A stretch of DNA of 63,545 nt, filler included, from Octopus bimaculoides (taxonomy: Eukaryota), in the NCBI RefSeq assembly GCF_001194135.2. It is 7 parts of 6 records of this genome, joined end to end, with 100 filler letters (N's around TTAATTAATTAA, not from the genome) between each part and the next. Parts side by side here need not be neighbours in the genome. Positions count along the whole stretch, not along the records: positions 24,532 to 38,194 come from NC_068983.1; 6 more parts are not named here. The stretch is one strand, 5' to 3'. Both the position numbers and the translations under genes were made by a program. Below the pieces are notes generated by a model that saw nothing but the letters and a program-made list of their open reading frames with translations, was not told where the DNA came from and did no database searches. Positions 25,318-37,890 of the stretch are shown piece by piece; positions within the stretch are counted from its first letter, which is position 1, and every line of letters starts with the position of its first letter.

Positions 25318-27979
25318 CTTCTTCTTCATCTCCTTTCTCCTCTTCCACTCTGTCTCTTCCCTTCCCAATGGTTTCTGAGTGCTGCTGAAATCATTCATAC
25401 GATGACATATCTATTTAAAAGCTCCTCCAAAAATGTGTAAGCCTTTTCAATTACTTTCTATGTATGCTAAAACTTTGAGATGTTTATAGACAATTCTATC
25501 TTAAGTACGATATAATTTTCCATAGATAAATTCCTTCATCGTAAATACGATAGGGTTTTTATAGACAGAATACTATAGCTTCTTAAAACTGTGAGATGTT
25601 GTTTATAAATTTCAATATCTTACCTATACTAGTTCCAACTTTTCGACGTTACGCTCAGAAATTACATAAATTTTCATACCTTAGCTATGTTAGTTCCTTC
25701 TAAATATCTAGAATTCTATACATAAATTCTTCCCTACGCTGGAGTTTTGGAGAGCTTACCTGCCTCCTTCCTCTTTGTTTTCCTTCCTCTCTCTCTCTCC
25801 GTACCCTCTCTCCTTTCAGTGGGTTGTCAGTGCTGCTGGAATCATTTGTAGTGAAACCTCTCTCTCGGCCATTCAATCACAAATGATAACGAAGCTGCTA
25901 ACATCTAGCCTTCGGCTACCTTGGCCCTTTCTGTCCATCATCCTGATTGGTTCTTTTTTGCACGGCAATTGTCCCCATGTTTTGCTTGCTAAGGGGGCAT
26001 TTACGTCCAATCGTGGCTTTGGGATAAAGTCACGTGAGAAGGAGTTTTACTGGGTTTCCGGTGAGCCCTTTTTCGCCTATAAATAAGCCCGATCCAACAA
26101 CGGCAGTCGTCTTCGATTATAGATCTCTCACAGGTCTGGTCGTTGACCACACACATAAAGAACACAGCTATAGCGAGTTCCAGTGCCGACGTCCTCACCA
26201 CCAATGCACTGTCTACCTTTGTCGTCGCCAGCAACATCAACCTCAACAAGCGCGGTTTTATCTTCACTGTATGAGTGGAGTTTCCACTCACGAACAATAG
26301 TCAGAACTAACCAGCGAGAATATTCCGTACCAGGTAACACAGGTCGCAGCATTCGACGCTCAACACACATAGCTCTGCTACTTGGCCACAACTTCCTGCG
26401 TATGAACATTCTATCTCCTTGTGCAACTCTTATACGAACTGGTTTTCTCTATTTTGAGACTTTCTATGTTTCTGTGTTTCTTCTCATTCACACGCACACT
26501 TGTACACTCACATATTGTACGCACACTATTGCTTATATGACTGTCCGTCACTTCACATTGTTGTATACCTTCTCTTGTATCAAAAGGCCTGACTTATCTA
26601 CTGTGTTAATTTTATGTCGCATGCACGCACACACAGACACAAACAGTTTCACTTTGTTAATAAATGTATTCTTATTATATATCTAACGGTTGAGTTTGTC
26701 CTAAGTTCTTTTACTGGCACAATGGCTCGTATCTCTCTTACGACGAGCCTTCTATCTATTATATATATCTTTATTTTGTGTTCGACCGTGCGACATGGTA
26801 AAAAGGAGCCTTTACCGTCTACGTCGCCATCTCCTTTGGTTCGCACGGTCGAAGTATTACACATTCACAGAGTAACATGGCTATTTAATAACTCCCCACA
26901 AAAATGTGTAAGCCTTTTCTATTTCTTTCTGTTTGCTAGAACTTTGAGATGTTTATAGACATTTCTCTCTCAAGTACGATGTAATTTTCCATAGATAAAT
27001 TCTTTCATCGTAAATACTATAGCTTCTTACAACTGTAATATGTTATTTATAAATTTCGATGTCTTATCTATGCTAGATCCAGCTTGTCGACGTTACTCTC
27101 AGAAATTTTACCAATTTCCATATCTTAGCTAAGCTAGGTCCCGACAAGAAATCTAGAGTTCTATACATAAATTCTCCCCCACGCTGGGATTTTGATGAGC
27201 TTACCTGCCTCCTTCCACTTCGTCTCGCTTTCCCTCTCTCCTCCTCCACTTCCAACAGGTTCTTAGTGCTAGCATAGACAAGATATCGAATTTATAAACA
27301 TCTTACAGTTTTAAGAAGCTATAGTATCCTATCTATAAACACTCAATCGTAGTTACAATGAAATAATTTAAATAGCCATATTTAATAGCTCTCCCCCAAA
27401 GATGTGTAAGTTTTTCTATTACTTTCTGTTTGCTAAAACTTTCAGCTGTTTAGAGACATTTCTATTTTAAATACGATGTAATTTTCCATAGATAAATTCC
27501 TCCATCGTAACTATGATGGGGGTGTTTATAGATAGAAAACCATAGCTTCTTAAAACTGTGAGATATTGTTTATAAATTTCCATATCTTAGCTATGCCAGA
27601 TCCTTCTCAAAATTTAGAGTTCTCTACATAAATTCCTCCCCAACGCTGGAATTTTGGCGAGGTTACCTGTCTTCTTCCTCTTCGTCTCCTTTCCGCCTCT
27701 CCTTCTGTCCCCTCTGCTTCCAATGAGTTCTCATTGCCCTGAAATCATTCACACAATGACATGGCTATTTAACAGCTCCCCACAAAAATGTGTAAGTTTT
27801 TCTATTATTTCTGTTTGCTAAAACTTTGAGATGTTTATAGACTTGTATATCTTAAGCACGATGTGATTTTCCATAGATAAATTATTTCATCGTAACTACG
27901 ATTGGGTGTTTATAGATAGAATACTATAGCTTCTTAAAACTGTAAGGTGTTTATAAATTCGATATCTTGTCTATGCTAG
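25318..27979 (-). repeat. Tandem array of about 380-460-bp units, each with a TATA-like box, purine-rich short exon-like tract and splice donor
   Basis: Units start near 25388, 26862, 27368 and 27741. GCTTACCTG/GGTTACCTG (minus CAG|GTAAGC, CAG|GTAACC) occurs near 25755, 27199 and 27661. Confidence 0.85.
25847..26861 (+). mobile_element. Solo LTR (1,015 bp), Gypsy-like
   Basis: TGTAGT...ATTACA termini and a 4-bp TSD CATT (25843-46 and 26862-65) that restores the array unit AATCATTCAC. TATAAA at 26078, AATAAA at 26659. Confidence 0.88.
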
Positions 27980-29030
27980 AAGCATTATACAGTGTAACAT
28001 GAAATTGATAGCAGGGAAGCAAGTTCTAGGAGAAGTGAAAATCAAGAGAGGAATCTTTCAGGGGGACAGTGTGTCCCCACTGATATTCATGCTGGGAATG
28101 ATCCCTTTGAGTGAAATACTACAGAAAACAAAGTTAGGGTATGATTTGGGAAGAAGTAAGGGAAAACTAAGCCATTTGCTATTCATGGACGACCTGAAGC
28201 TATTCACAAAACTGAGGTAGAACTGGACAGCCTAGTCTAGTATGTGCAGATTTTCTCCAATGATATTAAGATGGAATTTGGATTCTCAAAATATGCTACG
28301 ATGGTGGAAAGCTTGCCAGGACGGAAGGCATATGTCTACCAAGTGGTGAAGGGATAAAGGCAATTCAACCTCAATCCAGTTATAAATACCTGGGAATACT
28401 TAAGGCATATGGAATCAAACACCATGACATGAAGGAAAAAACAGAAAGAGAGTACCTGCAGCAAGTGAGAAAAATATTGACTTCAAAGCTGAATGCCAGA
28501 AACATAATTTCAGCAATAAACTCACGCAGTCGCAATAGTTCATTGTGGTGCTGGAATCCTGAAGTGGACAGAGGAGGAGCTAAAGGAGAAGGACAGGAAG
28601 TCAAGAAAGTTCCTAACAATGCATGGAGCCCATAATCCACATGCAGACACTGATCGCCTATACATGAAGAGAGCAATTAGAGGAAAAGGACTGATAAGTG
28701 TGGAAGACTGCATGCGTATCGAACTCGAGAGCTTAATGAGATATCTAGCCCAAAGTAAGAAAACCTCACTAGTGACAGTTAGGAACGAGGAAGTATTGAA
28801 AGCAGAGAAAAAAGGAAAAACAAAGGAAGAAGTACAAAAAGGACAGGAGAAAGAATTATGCAAGAAGGGTCTACACAATTAATTCCATGTAGCCACAACA
28901 GACGTTGCTGGAAAAAATAGGTGGGATTGGCTGATGAAAGGAGCCCTAAAAAAAGAGACCAAAAGCAGTATGCTGGCAGTGCAGGACCAAGCTTTGGCCA
29001 TGAACTGGAGGCTCAACACAAGGAATGAGT
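27980..29030 (+). mobile_element. R4/Dong-like RLE LINE reverse transcriptase fragment, decayed
   Basis: IKRGIFQGDSVSPLIF, HLLFMDDLKLF, YKYLGIL, RLYMKRAIRGKGLISVED, WLMKGALKKETKSSMLAVQDQAL, with frameshifts. Confidence 0.88.
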
Positions 29031-29240
29031 AAGTATCTTTGCTGTGTCACATTTGCAATAGAGTGGATGATGGATTCAGTTGACAGCTGAATCTGTCCTA
29101 CACGTGACAGCAGGTGTTCAACATAAACCCACAGGTCAGCAATGCTTGGGCATTGGATTAGTGCATGCATGACCGTCTCATCATCCTGCGCATATCTCGG
29201 ATATGCTTGGCTGATGGTACTTTTGTGCCTGTAATAATAA
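29030..29240 (-). mobile_element. Tx1/L1-clade zinc-knuckle fragment
   Basis: YPRYAQDDETVMHALIQCPSIADLWVYVEHLL. Confidence 0.75.
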
Positions 29241-29400
29241 AAAATAAAAATAAGCTGGTAAGATGATAAATGGACACTATTCAACATAGTAAATTGTAAC
29301 AATAATAATAATAATAGTAGTAGCAAAAATAACAACAGCTGTCCCAACAATCACAGCAACAACAATAATGATGATAATAATAATAATAATAATAATGACG

Positions 29401-29445
<45 letters not shown>

Positions 29446-29449
29446 GTCC

Positions 29450-29665
29450 TTTCTACTAAAGGCACATGGGGGCCTGAAATTTTGGGGGAGGAGGCTAGTT
29501 GCTTACATTGACCCCAGTTTTTCAGTGGTACTTAATTTATTGACCCTGAAAGGATGAAAGGCAGAGTCAACCTCAGTGGATTTTGAACTCAGAACAAGAA
29601 GATGGATGAAATGCCATGAAGCATTTTGCCTGGTGCACTAACAATTCTGCAAGCTCATTGCCTTA
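29450..29665 (-). mobile_element. Family A SINE following an (AAT)n run
   Basis: Homology to 48665. Confidence 0.85.
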
Positions 29666-29849
29666 ATAGTAATAATAATGCTTTCCTTATTGACCACAAG
29701 CACTGCATAAAAAACAAAAGGACAATACAGCACAAAGGACAGTGGGGATTTACTTATACTACATGTAAACAGTAAAAGCAATAACAATTAACAATAGTAT
29801 ATTAAACAATAAAATTCCTCAAAAGTGTCCAGGCATTGCTAATTTGAGG

Positions 29850-31450
29850 AGGTATGTTGACTAACTGTTGTTACATGTAGGATGGATCTGGCTATCATTT
29901 GAGTCCATTGTGCAGATTGCCTTGCTACCTTCTTTGACTGGAAAAGGCAGGCAATTTTCCTGGTTATGATGAAACAGACAGTGTAGTAGATGAGGTTTCA
30001 AGGACTTGAGACAGATACTTTCCTCTTTGGACAAGCCCTCATTGACTTTTCCATTTCCACTTGAAAATGAAAGTGAGGGTGAAGCAGGACGTGTTATCCC
30101 CATCCAGTAATTTTGTTGAAAGGTAAGTGAATGTAGCAAGGATGGCCCATTTGATTGGGCTTACTCTGAACATGTGTCTGTAGGCCAGAAGGAGTGGAAA
30201 GGAGAAGGGTGCTTGACTGAAGTGCTTTGACAAAGTCAGTCACCTGGGCAGAGTCAGAAGAACCCTTGTTGATGTCAAAATTATCCATACATCCCATAGA
30301 TGGCCCTAGAAAAGAACAGAGATATTCCTAGCTGCAAGGATAACCTTTAACTCAAGTTGGGGAATCTCAGTAAATTTCCAAGCAAAGATGATGCCCTTAT
30401 TTAGGATGATGGGTAGATGGAAGAATAGTAGCTGTCAATGTCAAATTGCAGGAAGGAGGCATGGGGTTTATAACCCTCCCAATGAACCATGTTGTAAGCT
30501 CACCAAGTTATCTCAGAGTTAAGCATGTTTTCTGACAATAGGTAAGATGCAGTCAGGTATACTCACACTGATTCTTTCAAGGTCCAACTTCAATGGACAA
30601 ATTAGTCTGATGGAGGGGTTCACAAGAAAGTCAGGTTTAAGGTCTTTCAGAGGGAAACGTGGAATCTTAGGTGCTTATGGTTCCACTCAGCTGGACACAC
30701 CTGAATCTGAGGCAAGTTTTTGGGCCTTAATATTAAGGCTTGTCACAGTTTGGGTCACACCTTATAATGTTTGTGTAGCTCCCTTGTAATTAATCCATTA
30801 TAGTTATCAATGTCCATACAGCAGAGATTCCTAGTCTTGTTGGAGGGTATGTGTAATTTGTGAGAGGCACAGATGTCCAATACGAGTTTTGACAGATGTT
30901 GCTGAAAATCATTAGTAAATTTCTAGAATTCAATATTCTTCATCAGATTTAACAGGTCCCTCTCAAATTGGTCAAGTGACTGGTTTTGTGCAGGGTGGTT
31001 TTGCTGGTATTAAGTCTATAGAAGTGCCTAGAGGGAGGCTTGCAATATGCACTTCTTGGGTTTATTCTCAAAGTGAAATGCTTCCCATCTCATCCTATTG
31101 TACCAATAATTCCAGTATTATTTTTTGGTTTGGTAGGTATATTTCTAAGGGAAATATCCAGACACTGCTTTTCCATGTTGTTGTATGGTTAGTCGTCAGA
31201 AGTGCTCACACAATGGAATGATAAGCATGTGATTGGATGTGCTCAGTGTGCGACAATTATTCCATTCAGGTTTCAGCTCTTATTGTTAATAGCATTAAAC
31301 TCACATTGGAGCATATTCACACAGGGTCCTATGCAATCTGGTATAGGCTATAAGAACACATCAATAATGAGAAGAAAAGAACATGTGCTTGAACTTGGTA
31401 CTTGTTTATTTCAACTGTTACCTATGTTTCAGTATTTGGTAACACATGAT
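29850..31450 (-). mobile_element. Highly decayed L1-like ORF2
   Basis: Only weak motifs survive (RVSPIKWAILATFTYL, FIFKWKWKS, LGI, GYK), with many stops. Confidence 0.4.
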
Positions 31451-32229
31451 GTCAAACTATAGATGCAATGCATAGGTGCACTTCATAAGGGCAACATGCA
31501 TATCTTCAGGCAGATAAATGAAAGATACAAGTCACAAACATACAATAATCAAATTTAAATGCCTGAAAGGTAGAAGGCTAAAGGGGGAGCAGGAGGAGAA
31601 AGAGTATGATCATGGCCTCAAAACCACAAAGGTGGACTGGTCAGAGAAACAGCTTGCACTTACAAGACCTTACAAGAGGGTAGAAGGGTGAGCATGCCGG
31701 TAACATGCCAGGCAGCCAGTAAGACAATCAGTATATATAATGCACTACATGTCTGAATAAATATACCTTTTTCTGAGTAACACTTTAGCACTTGAAGCTG
31801 TTGAATTTGTCCCATTTTATAAGATTTACTATTTAAACTATTTGACATGAGCTGGAGTCATTCTGTTTAGTTTTTGCATTTGTCTCATAATGCTTAATGA
31901 AAGAGTTTGAAGTTTTCTAAGCTATCCAACACCATTTCTACTTTCTTGCTACAACAGTGTCTCTACTTGTTCTGTTTGTTCATTCTGCCAAACTAATCTT
32001 ATCTTACCTATAATAAAATGCGATGAATCAGTCATGCTGGCAGAGGGAAACTAAAGCAACAAATGGAGTGGGAGTGAGTGACAGGCAGAGTTGCTCAAAG
32101 CAAGCGAACTGTAGTGAGAGGTTTTACTCAGAAGTCGTTCTGCAAATTTTTATCATAAATAATATTTGCTTTAACAGTTTCACACACGCACACACACACG
32201 TGTGTGTGTGTAATTTTTTGGACACACAT

Positions 32230-32850
32230 TCTGTGTCTGATTAGTATTTGCGAGGGGAGTTTTCTGGATGGCTACCCATCCTCAATGTGTGTTAATCACA
32301 AGTTAGTGATGAAAACTCATTCCACTTGCAAAATACTATATGCTTTTTCCAGCGACAAACTGTCGCTGATCTCAAAAAAGGAGAAATAAGCTATATTAAA
32401 TCTCTGAGCTGTATTAAATCCTCTTGCAAATACTAATCGGAAACAGAATGTGTGTCGTTAGCCAGCTGTATAGGATGCCACACTTGGTTGGTAATTATAT
32501 GTTACGATTCCATGTTGCTACTGTTTATATCTAGCTCATTTCTCCTTTTTCGAGATCAGCGACAGTTTGTTGCTCAAAAAAAACATAGTATTTTGTGAGT
32601 GGAATGAGTTTTCATCACAAGCTTGTGATTAACACATGCTGAAGATAGGTAACCACCCAGAAATTCGAGTCCGTGTGTATCACGTAAAGCTAGATATGGG
32701 AGTGATGACCTCCCCTCACAAATACTAATCAGACATAGAAAGTGTGTCATTAGCCAGCTGGAAGAGATGTCTTCCTGGGGATATAAACGTCAGTAGCACT
32801 GTCCTGTATAGGACGCTATACTTGGTTGGCAATTATATGTTACAATAGCA
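32230..32850. mobile_element. Penelope-like terminal repeat cluster with inverted and direct segments
   Basis: 32230-32395 is inverted to 32527-32735, and 32420-32510 recurs directly within 32715-32850. The cluster carries hammerheads. Confidence 0.7.
32632..32678 (+). ncRNA. Minimal type I hammerhead ribozyme
   Basis: Helix I ACACATG/CGTGTGT (7 bp); core CTGAAGA (32639-45); helix II TAGGT-AACC-ACCCA (1 mismatch); GAAA; helix III ATTCGAGT (near-palindrome ACTCGAGT); GUC site ending at 32671. Confidence 0.82.
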
Positions 32851-34760
32851 ATAATAATAATAATGATAATACTTTCTTTATTGGCTACCAGGGCCAAGCA
32901 CAAAACATAAAGGAAGAGGGACAGTGGGGTTAAACGTGTAAACAGGAAAAAAAAACACACAACAATTAACAAGGAGATTAAACCAACAATGTACTTCTTC
33001 AATAGGGGGTAGTTCCACCAAGAGGTGACCAGAGGAACCTCACACACTTTGGACCTCCTAACACCAAAGGCACCTCAGGTAGGCACCCCTCTCCTCATTC
33101 CATCAGGCCTACAGGCAAACACTTAGAGTAGGCCCATTCACAGGGGCCATACTTGCCACATTCACCCGCCTCTCAACAAACTTACTGGGTGACAGCACCT
33201 CCCTCTCCAACCTCCCTTTCCTTTTCAGGTGGAACCTGAAAAAGTCAATGAGGCCTTGGCTGAAGAGGAAGGTACCTGTCTTTAACCCTTTCAATCACAC
33301 AACCTCTTTTGCCATAGCGACGAGAAAGAGAAAATCTACCTGACATTCCTGGCCAACGGAAGGAGGTGGGGCGATCTTCACGATGGACTCAGACGATAGC
33401 TAGATCTATCCTACACATGACAATAATTGTTCGACAAAGCTCCATAAATCAGCAATGCGTGGGCACAGCACAAGAGAGCATGCAGAACAGTTTCATTGCT
33501 CTGCGTGCATCTCAGACAAGTTTGTCTGACTGCACACTCGTGCCTGTAGAGCTTATCACGAACTGGCAGAGTCCCCTGGTAGCACTGCCAGGCTAGGGAT
33601 TTCTGGAAGTTATCCATAGGCTCCAGCTTGAAAGTCCTCCAGAAGAGACCAGCCAGTTGATCCCTCCTGATGCCCAGAACATCTCTGAGAACGTTGTCAC
33701 TCTTGCCCTCCACTAATCCACTACAGAACTCCAAGGTGGAACTTCTATCGACCGCAATGCCCAACTGGCCAAGGGCTGTGAGTGTTTGGAGACACTCTAA
33801 GTGCCAAGTACCCTGCCTCAGTCTACGCCTGATCCAGAATTGTCGCCCCGTCAAGGAGACGAGCTGCAGAAAAGCACGTCCAACAAACGGTGACCACACT
33901 TGCTCACCGTTAAGGTATTGCTGGAGATGTTGCAGCCTCAGCACATGTCTGCACATCATCAGCCTCGTCATGCCCAGTCCTCCATGCAATGGGTGCTGAC
34001 AGCAAATAGACCGTCTGACAAGCGGTACCTGTCCCTTCCACAGGAGGCAGAAGAGCAAGCACACCAGCCCATTCAGCTACAAAGCGGGGCAAGGGACAAC
34101 AGTCAGGTGGTAGTATATGACGGATGCAATATATGCATTCACCATCTGTGCTTGACCTTTCAGAGACATCTTCCTCTCAGCCCATTTCTGGGTGAGACTT
34201 GCTGCCCTATCTGTCACCTCACCCCAGTTCTTGTCCACTTGGCAGTCCGGACTGAACCAAACCCCTTCCGTCCAGCGCCCCACAATGCTGTTGGTTGGCA
34301 AAGATTTGCCTCTCCAAGTGCTGAGCTGCAGGCCCACTTACTTCTGGTTAATCATTGCTACTGTCACTGCTTCATATTCCCTTAGAGTAGTACCGACCAT
34401 CTCGATTTCTGAGATGTCCGACACTAGCACGGTGACGTCATCCACATCCTAGTTCATGTGGAATGCCCCTTGAAACATCCAGCTTCCACAGTAATGGCAC
34501 GAGTGCCAGTATGCAGAGAAGGGATGAGAGTGAGCATCCTTGATGGACCAAATGTGCGATGCTAAACAATTTCGACAGGTGCCCATTTATTTTGACCACC
34601 GAACAGATGTTGCTGTACATTGCAGCAATCCAGGGACTGAAAACAGCCACCTTAAGGACAGCCTCCAAGTACTGGTGGTTGGGAAAGCTGTAGTCATGGG
34701 TCAAGCATAGACCAAGACTGGATAATTGGCATCACAGCATTGTATCAGCTGGATAAAGCC
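32850..34760 (-). mobile_element. Tx1/L1-clade LINE 3' half with (TTA)n tail, decayed
   Basis: RT motifs (VKINGHLSKLF..VHQGCSLSSLL), NAYIASVIYY, GGLGM, LAWQCYQGTLPVRDKL and CLRC...ETVLHAL. Confidence 0.88.
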
Positions 34761-34819
34761 ATTAGCAGGAAAACAATTCACAATTTCTATAGGGAAGTTA
34801 CTCAAGGGTATGAGCAACA

Positions 34820-35290
34820 ATAGCCTGGGATTGACTCTGGGCATCGACAAGAACAGTCTGAATGGTCTCTTATAGAGAACTACAGGGTTTCAGACCATGG
34901 ACAACTTCAAAAAGTCCTTGGCATAGCAATACTACAGAGGGTGGGGGCATTGCCTGTTTGAGATAAGCTCTTCAGGCATGGAAGTGCCAACAGCTGAACC
35001 TGCCCAAGATGCATGCAGGGGTATGAAACCATCCTGCATTCAATTATTCAGTGTCTGTGCGTTAGTGATTTGTGGGCTTGCATTGAGCGGTTTCCATCTC
35101 ATGTAAGATAAATACAGCTGTCCGCTGAGTGAATAGAGAAGATAGATGCACCACCTTCCTTTCCTTTGGCAAAAGAGGTTGTTTGATGTACCCGTCTGAA
35201 ATGTTTGAAGACAGGCGATTTCCTATCTGGCCAAGCTCTCAACAATTTTTTCAAATAACATTGGAAGAGGAAGGTGAAGGTAGAAAGAGA
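34820..35290 (+). mobile_element. Second Tx1 3' fragment in opposite orientation
   Basis: MDNFKKSLA*QY...DKLFRHG...TCPRCMQGYETILHSIIQC. Confidence 0.8.
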
Positions 35291-36071
35291 AGTGCTGTCT
35301 TGTAGTTAGCACATAGTATTAGGAAGGTCATCCAGTCATAGAGACCATGTCAAAGCTGATGTTGGAGTTCTATGTGACTCTACAGCTTGCCAGATTCTGA
35401 CAAGCCATTCAATCCATGCCAACATGGAAAGTGGATGTTTGATGAAAATGATGATGGTTACACACACACACACACACATCATCTTGTATCTTAAGGGGGT
35501 CATTGCAACAATAGTAACAAATAACACACGCACTGGTTCAATTTCCCTTTATTATTAGTCAATTGATTAATTATCTAACCAACCATCTAATTGGTCTAAT
35601 CGGTCGTTTGTTTAATCTGCTGATTAAACAATTAATAATTTGTTTGTCAAAGTCCTTTCATCACTGTTCACGACCCATCAATAATATGCCCTCTCTTCTC
35701 CAGGTGTATTTCAAGTCTGTCAAAGAATTAGTCCTATGTTCTGATATATTTAGAGATGTGGTCACTTACAAGAGAAGTGAAAGAAGATAATAAAGGAAGA
35801 GTATGTGTGTGTGTGAGAGATAGAAAGAGAGACAGAGAGTGTGTGTGTGAGTGTGTGCACGTGTGTTTGTGTGTGCAAATGTATGTGTTTGTGTGGTTAA
35901 GTTGGTTCTGTGAGTGAGTGTATGTTAGTATGCGTATGTGAGTATCCCTGTGGGTGTTCATTCTGGGGTGCATATGTGCATGTATGTGCACAGGATTGTA
36001 TGCATCACATGCAATTTTCTAGAGTGTACAGTGGGGTAAAGAAGAAATTTGATAATATTTTGAGGAGTGAT

Positions 36072-37120
36072 GCCAAGAAGGTCCATTAAATCACCGTTAT
36101 GTTAGACTTAACCCTTCAACAGACCACTTGTACTGATAGGAACTGCAAAATATATACATTTAACCTTAAAATCTAGTAATGTAGTCTACCATATAAAATG
36201 TATGGAAACTGAATGCAAGAACTCGAATACAACTTTGGAGTAGACTACAGTGGATTTATAAAAAGGCAAGTAGAATATAGACGTGGTACAACACAGACAA
36301 GTTTCAAGGGGTGATGTTTGTAGAGGCTTGATAGGATTAAGCGAAGCACTGGAAACAAAGAACATCTCTTGTATGATAGTGACACTCCTTAAAGCTACTG
36401 CCTGATGTCAAGGAGAGGAGACAATCAAACAAACACACATACAAATTAGCTCATTCATTTAGAAAGGCTCTTAATGATGCTAAACTTAAGATTGTAGAGA
36501 AGCCAAGAAGGTCCATTAGATCACTGTTATGTTAGACATAACCCTTCAACAGACCACTTGTACTGATAGGAACTGCATAGTATGTACATTTTAACCTTAA
36601 AAACTAGTAATGTAGTCAACCATATAAAATGTATGAAAACTGAATGCAAGAACTTGAATACAACATACATTAGTAAAACTTCCAGGAGTTTAGTGGAGAG
36701 AATAAATGAATGCTGCTATGTCTTTTCGTCCGATGTCACTTCGTCAAACATCTTTTCCTTCCCATCTTTTTGTCCGATGATTTTTTTTGTCCAACAACAA
36801 GTCCTATCAATAAAATTCTCAATGATTATTTGATTTTGATGTTCACTTTGTTTTCTAAAGAGTTTATTAAAAGTTGGATAAAAATTCGTTGAACAAAAAA
36901 ATCATTGGACAAAAAGACATCGAACCAAAAGATGTGGATGAAATGACATTGGACAAAGTGACATCAGACGAAAATATGGGTCATGTAAATGAATACTGGC
37001 TGGAGTATAATGACAAGAAACAATCTTCGATATTCTATCAACATGTCAGCATATTAAATCAAATTAGTATTAAAATCTTGTCAATACATTTGAGATACAT
37101 TGTTACAACAAATATGTGAG
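36072..37120 (+). mobile_element. Penelope-like GIY-YIG endonuclease remnant, partly duplicated and interrupted by a MITE
   Basis: NVVNHIKCMKTECKNLNTTYISKTSRSLVERINE resembles VVY.I.C..C...YIG.T.R.L..RI.EH. 36072-36232 duplicates 36502-36663. Confidence 0.65.
36712..36985. mobile_element. MULE-type MITE (274 bp)
   Basis: 9-bp TSD TAAATGAAT (36703-11 and 36986-94), and inverted subterminal repeats TTTTCGTC(C/T)GATGTCACTT. Confidence 0.8.
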
Positions 37121-37243
37121 TTCTATTCTCATAAGTAAATTGCTGCCACTGTTAAAAAGAAAGTATTATATCATTCTCATTGCTCATGTCAATTTTGTGC
37201 ATGCAAGGGAGGTAATTCAAATGGATATATATTTGTATATATA

Positions 37244-37478
37244 CAGGGTGATCCAAAAGTAGGTTTACAGTTATTCAACTATCTCTTTCACATTCATATA
37301 TTAACAGTTTAGATCTTAATTATACAAAAATATGAAACCATTATTCTATGCTAATTTAGTTAATTTTGTCAAGCTCCCTTTTTAGTTTGTAAGATAGAAA
37401 TTTAAATGTGATAAAATATTTAAAAAGAAATATTAAGTATGTAGGTGATAACTGTAAACCTACTTTTGGGCCACCCAG
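37244..37478. mobile_element. Tc1/mariner MITE (235 bp)
   Basis: TIRs CAGGGTGATCCAAAAGTAGGTTTACAGTTA / TAACTGTAAACCTACTTTTGGGCCACCCAG with TA on both sides. Confidence 0.88.
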
Positions 37479-37664
37479 TATTTCTCTCCTTTTTTTTCTT
37501 TCCTTTTTTTCTCTCCTTGTTTCTTTCCATGTTCCTTTGTGTAGAAGAGCATAGGCTAGAAACGTTAAAGACTTCCTCAATTCCCGAGTATTATACTAAT
37601 ATATCAATTTGTTTTCAACACCACCTGTCTTCGTCTGTTGTTGTTTTTTTGTGAATTCTCCCTG

Positions 37665-37696
<32 letters not shown>

Positions 37697-37890
37697 CCTA
37701 TATATATTTATATCGTAAATATACAGGGATTAGCATTGAGTTGCTTCTCCAACATACTGAAAATTTAGAAATAGCAGTCAAAAAACTACTGATTCTAAAC
37801 TACAAATTTTTCTCTAAATGGATGGCGATATCTATTACTAATTGACGATTCCCTGCCCTTATTCTTGTATAATTTATATANNNNNNNNNN

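Noticed and set aside
25318-27979. Spliced-leader RNA gene array
   Set aside because: The exon tracts are long (about 90 nt) and poorly conserved between units, and no clear Sm site is present.
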